From positions 24,121,205 to 24,185,204 of the forward strand of contig JAHRHZ010000004.1 in assembly GCA_024137785.1 (NCBI GenBank): a stretch of DNA of 64,000 nt, given 5' to 3'. The notes beneath the pieces were generated by a model. It made no database searches and was not told the origin of the DNA. It saw only the letters and a list, made by a program, of their open reading frames with translations. Position 1 is the first letter of the stretch. Each line of letters starts with the position of its first letter. Shown one piece after another: positions 63,021 to 64,000 of this stretch. The DNA comes from Ginglymostoma cirratum (Eukaryota). Position numbers and translations under genes: made by a program.

Positions 63021-64000
63021 GTTTAGTCTCTGCAATCCTTGTTTGCAAACAAGATGACTGTTGTGTTCAACTGGTAACCTTTTACATTGTCCAGTTTATG
63101 TTCGACATGACCTCACTGCTGCTGGAGATTGTCCTGCCTTAGACCAAGGGGAGATAGTCAAAACTAACAGTTCTGTTGGTAAAATTGATGTGTAACTGCA
63201 GAGTGCAGAACAGTGCCAAAGTGTATTTCCAAGGGGCTGATAAATTGTTCGCATTTATTCCTAAGTGAGGCAAAATCAATGAATGATGCTGGGTGAGGAG
63301 AGGACTGGTTTTAGCTGTGTTACCCGACTTGGTTAAATTGTCTGTCAAGAGTCATGCATAACATAAGCCATTTCAGTGTGAGGCCTAACTTGGAGAAAAT
63401 GTTAAAATGACCAGGAGAAAAAATGTCACAAGCTGAACTTGATAATTGATGCAAAAGAAAATGCCATTGCCATGAAGGAACAGAACTATAAAAGGAGCAT
63501 TGTTGAAATGAGTAAAAGAAGCCGAACTCCTACCATGCACTGAACGATCTTGTTATATATGTAGGTCCTGAGAAAATCACTGCTTTGAAATAATTCTTTA
63601 AGATTAGAAAGAGCAGTCAAATTATTATTGCTCCAAGTTACTGACATCTACAGGGCTGCTCCCCATTCTCAGGAAACAACTGTGCACACTCTAAACTGAT
63701 TCGCGTAATTTCATAATGGAAAGCTTTTCCGAAACCCTGTGACACAAATGACGTAATTGCATCAATTGTTTCCATTTAAGTGAGTAGACGTGTGCCAAAT
63801 ATTTTCTCATGGAGTCACTACTTTGTTGTCCTACCAACAGTTTAATGGGTAAGTAACTGGCTAATATTGTTCGAGACATCCCTTAGCTCATTATGCCACT
63901 TTGCAGGCCAATTCATGTGCAAGAAAGGGCAAATATCAAATTGGGTTTCTTGTCCTTGTCACAGTGTTGCGAAGCTACACATGAACATGTCCACCTTGAA

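Overview
Repeat-rich vertebrate DNA, almost certainly from a cartilaginous fish (shark): it carries HE1/V-SINEs, Deu-domain SINEs, shark-type CR1 LINEs and Penelope-derived elements. The only host gene I can support is the 5' end of IGSF21 (or an IGSF21-like paralogue) on the minus strand. Coding exon 1 (39074-39140) encodes the signal peptide, intron 1 is about 28.6 kb and includes 500 N, and the 113-bp exon 2 (10325-10437) reads [39 protein letters not shown] did not find exon 3, which presumably lies left of the window. Almost every ORF in the supplied track is either spurious or a decayed transposon fragment (CR1 EN/RT, Tx1-type L1, Penelope GIY-YIG, Mag-type Gypsy gag, Harbinger Myb protein). 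The most interesting signal is a set of short Penelope-derived inserts carrying minimal, probably dimer-dependent hammerhead ribozyme motifs (CTGAnGA-stem-GAAACGTC). Several are arranged as palindromes, one with a clear target-site duplication, inside the IGSF21 introns. A 470-bp perfect inverted duplication around the N gaps is most likely an assembly artefact. Repeat boundaries are estimated by eye and family names are recalled, not searched.
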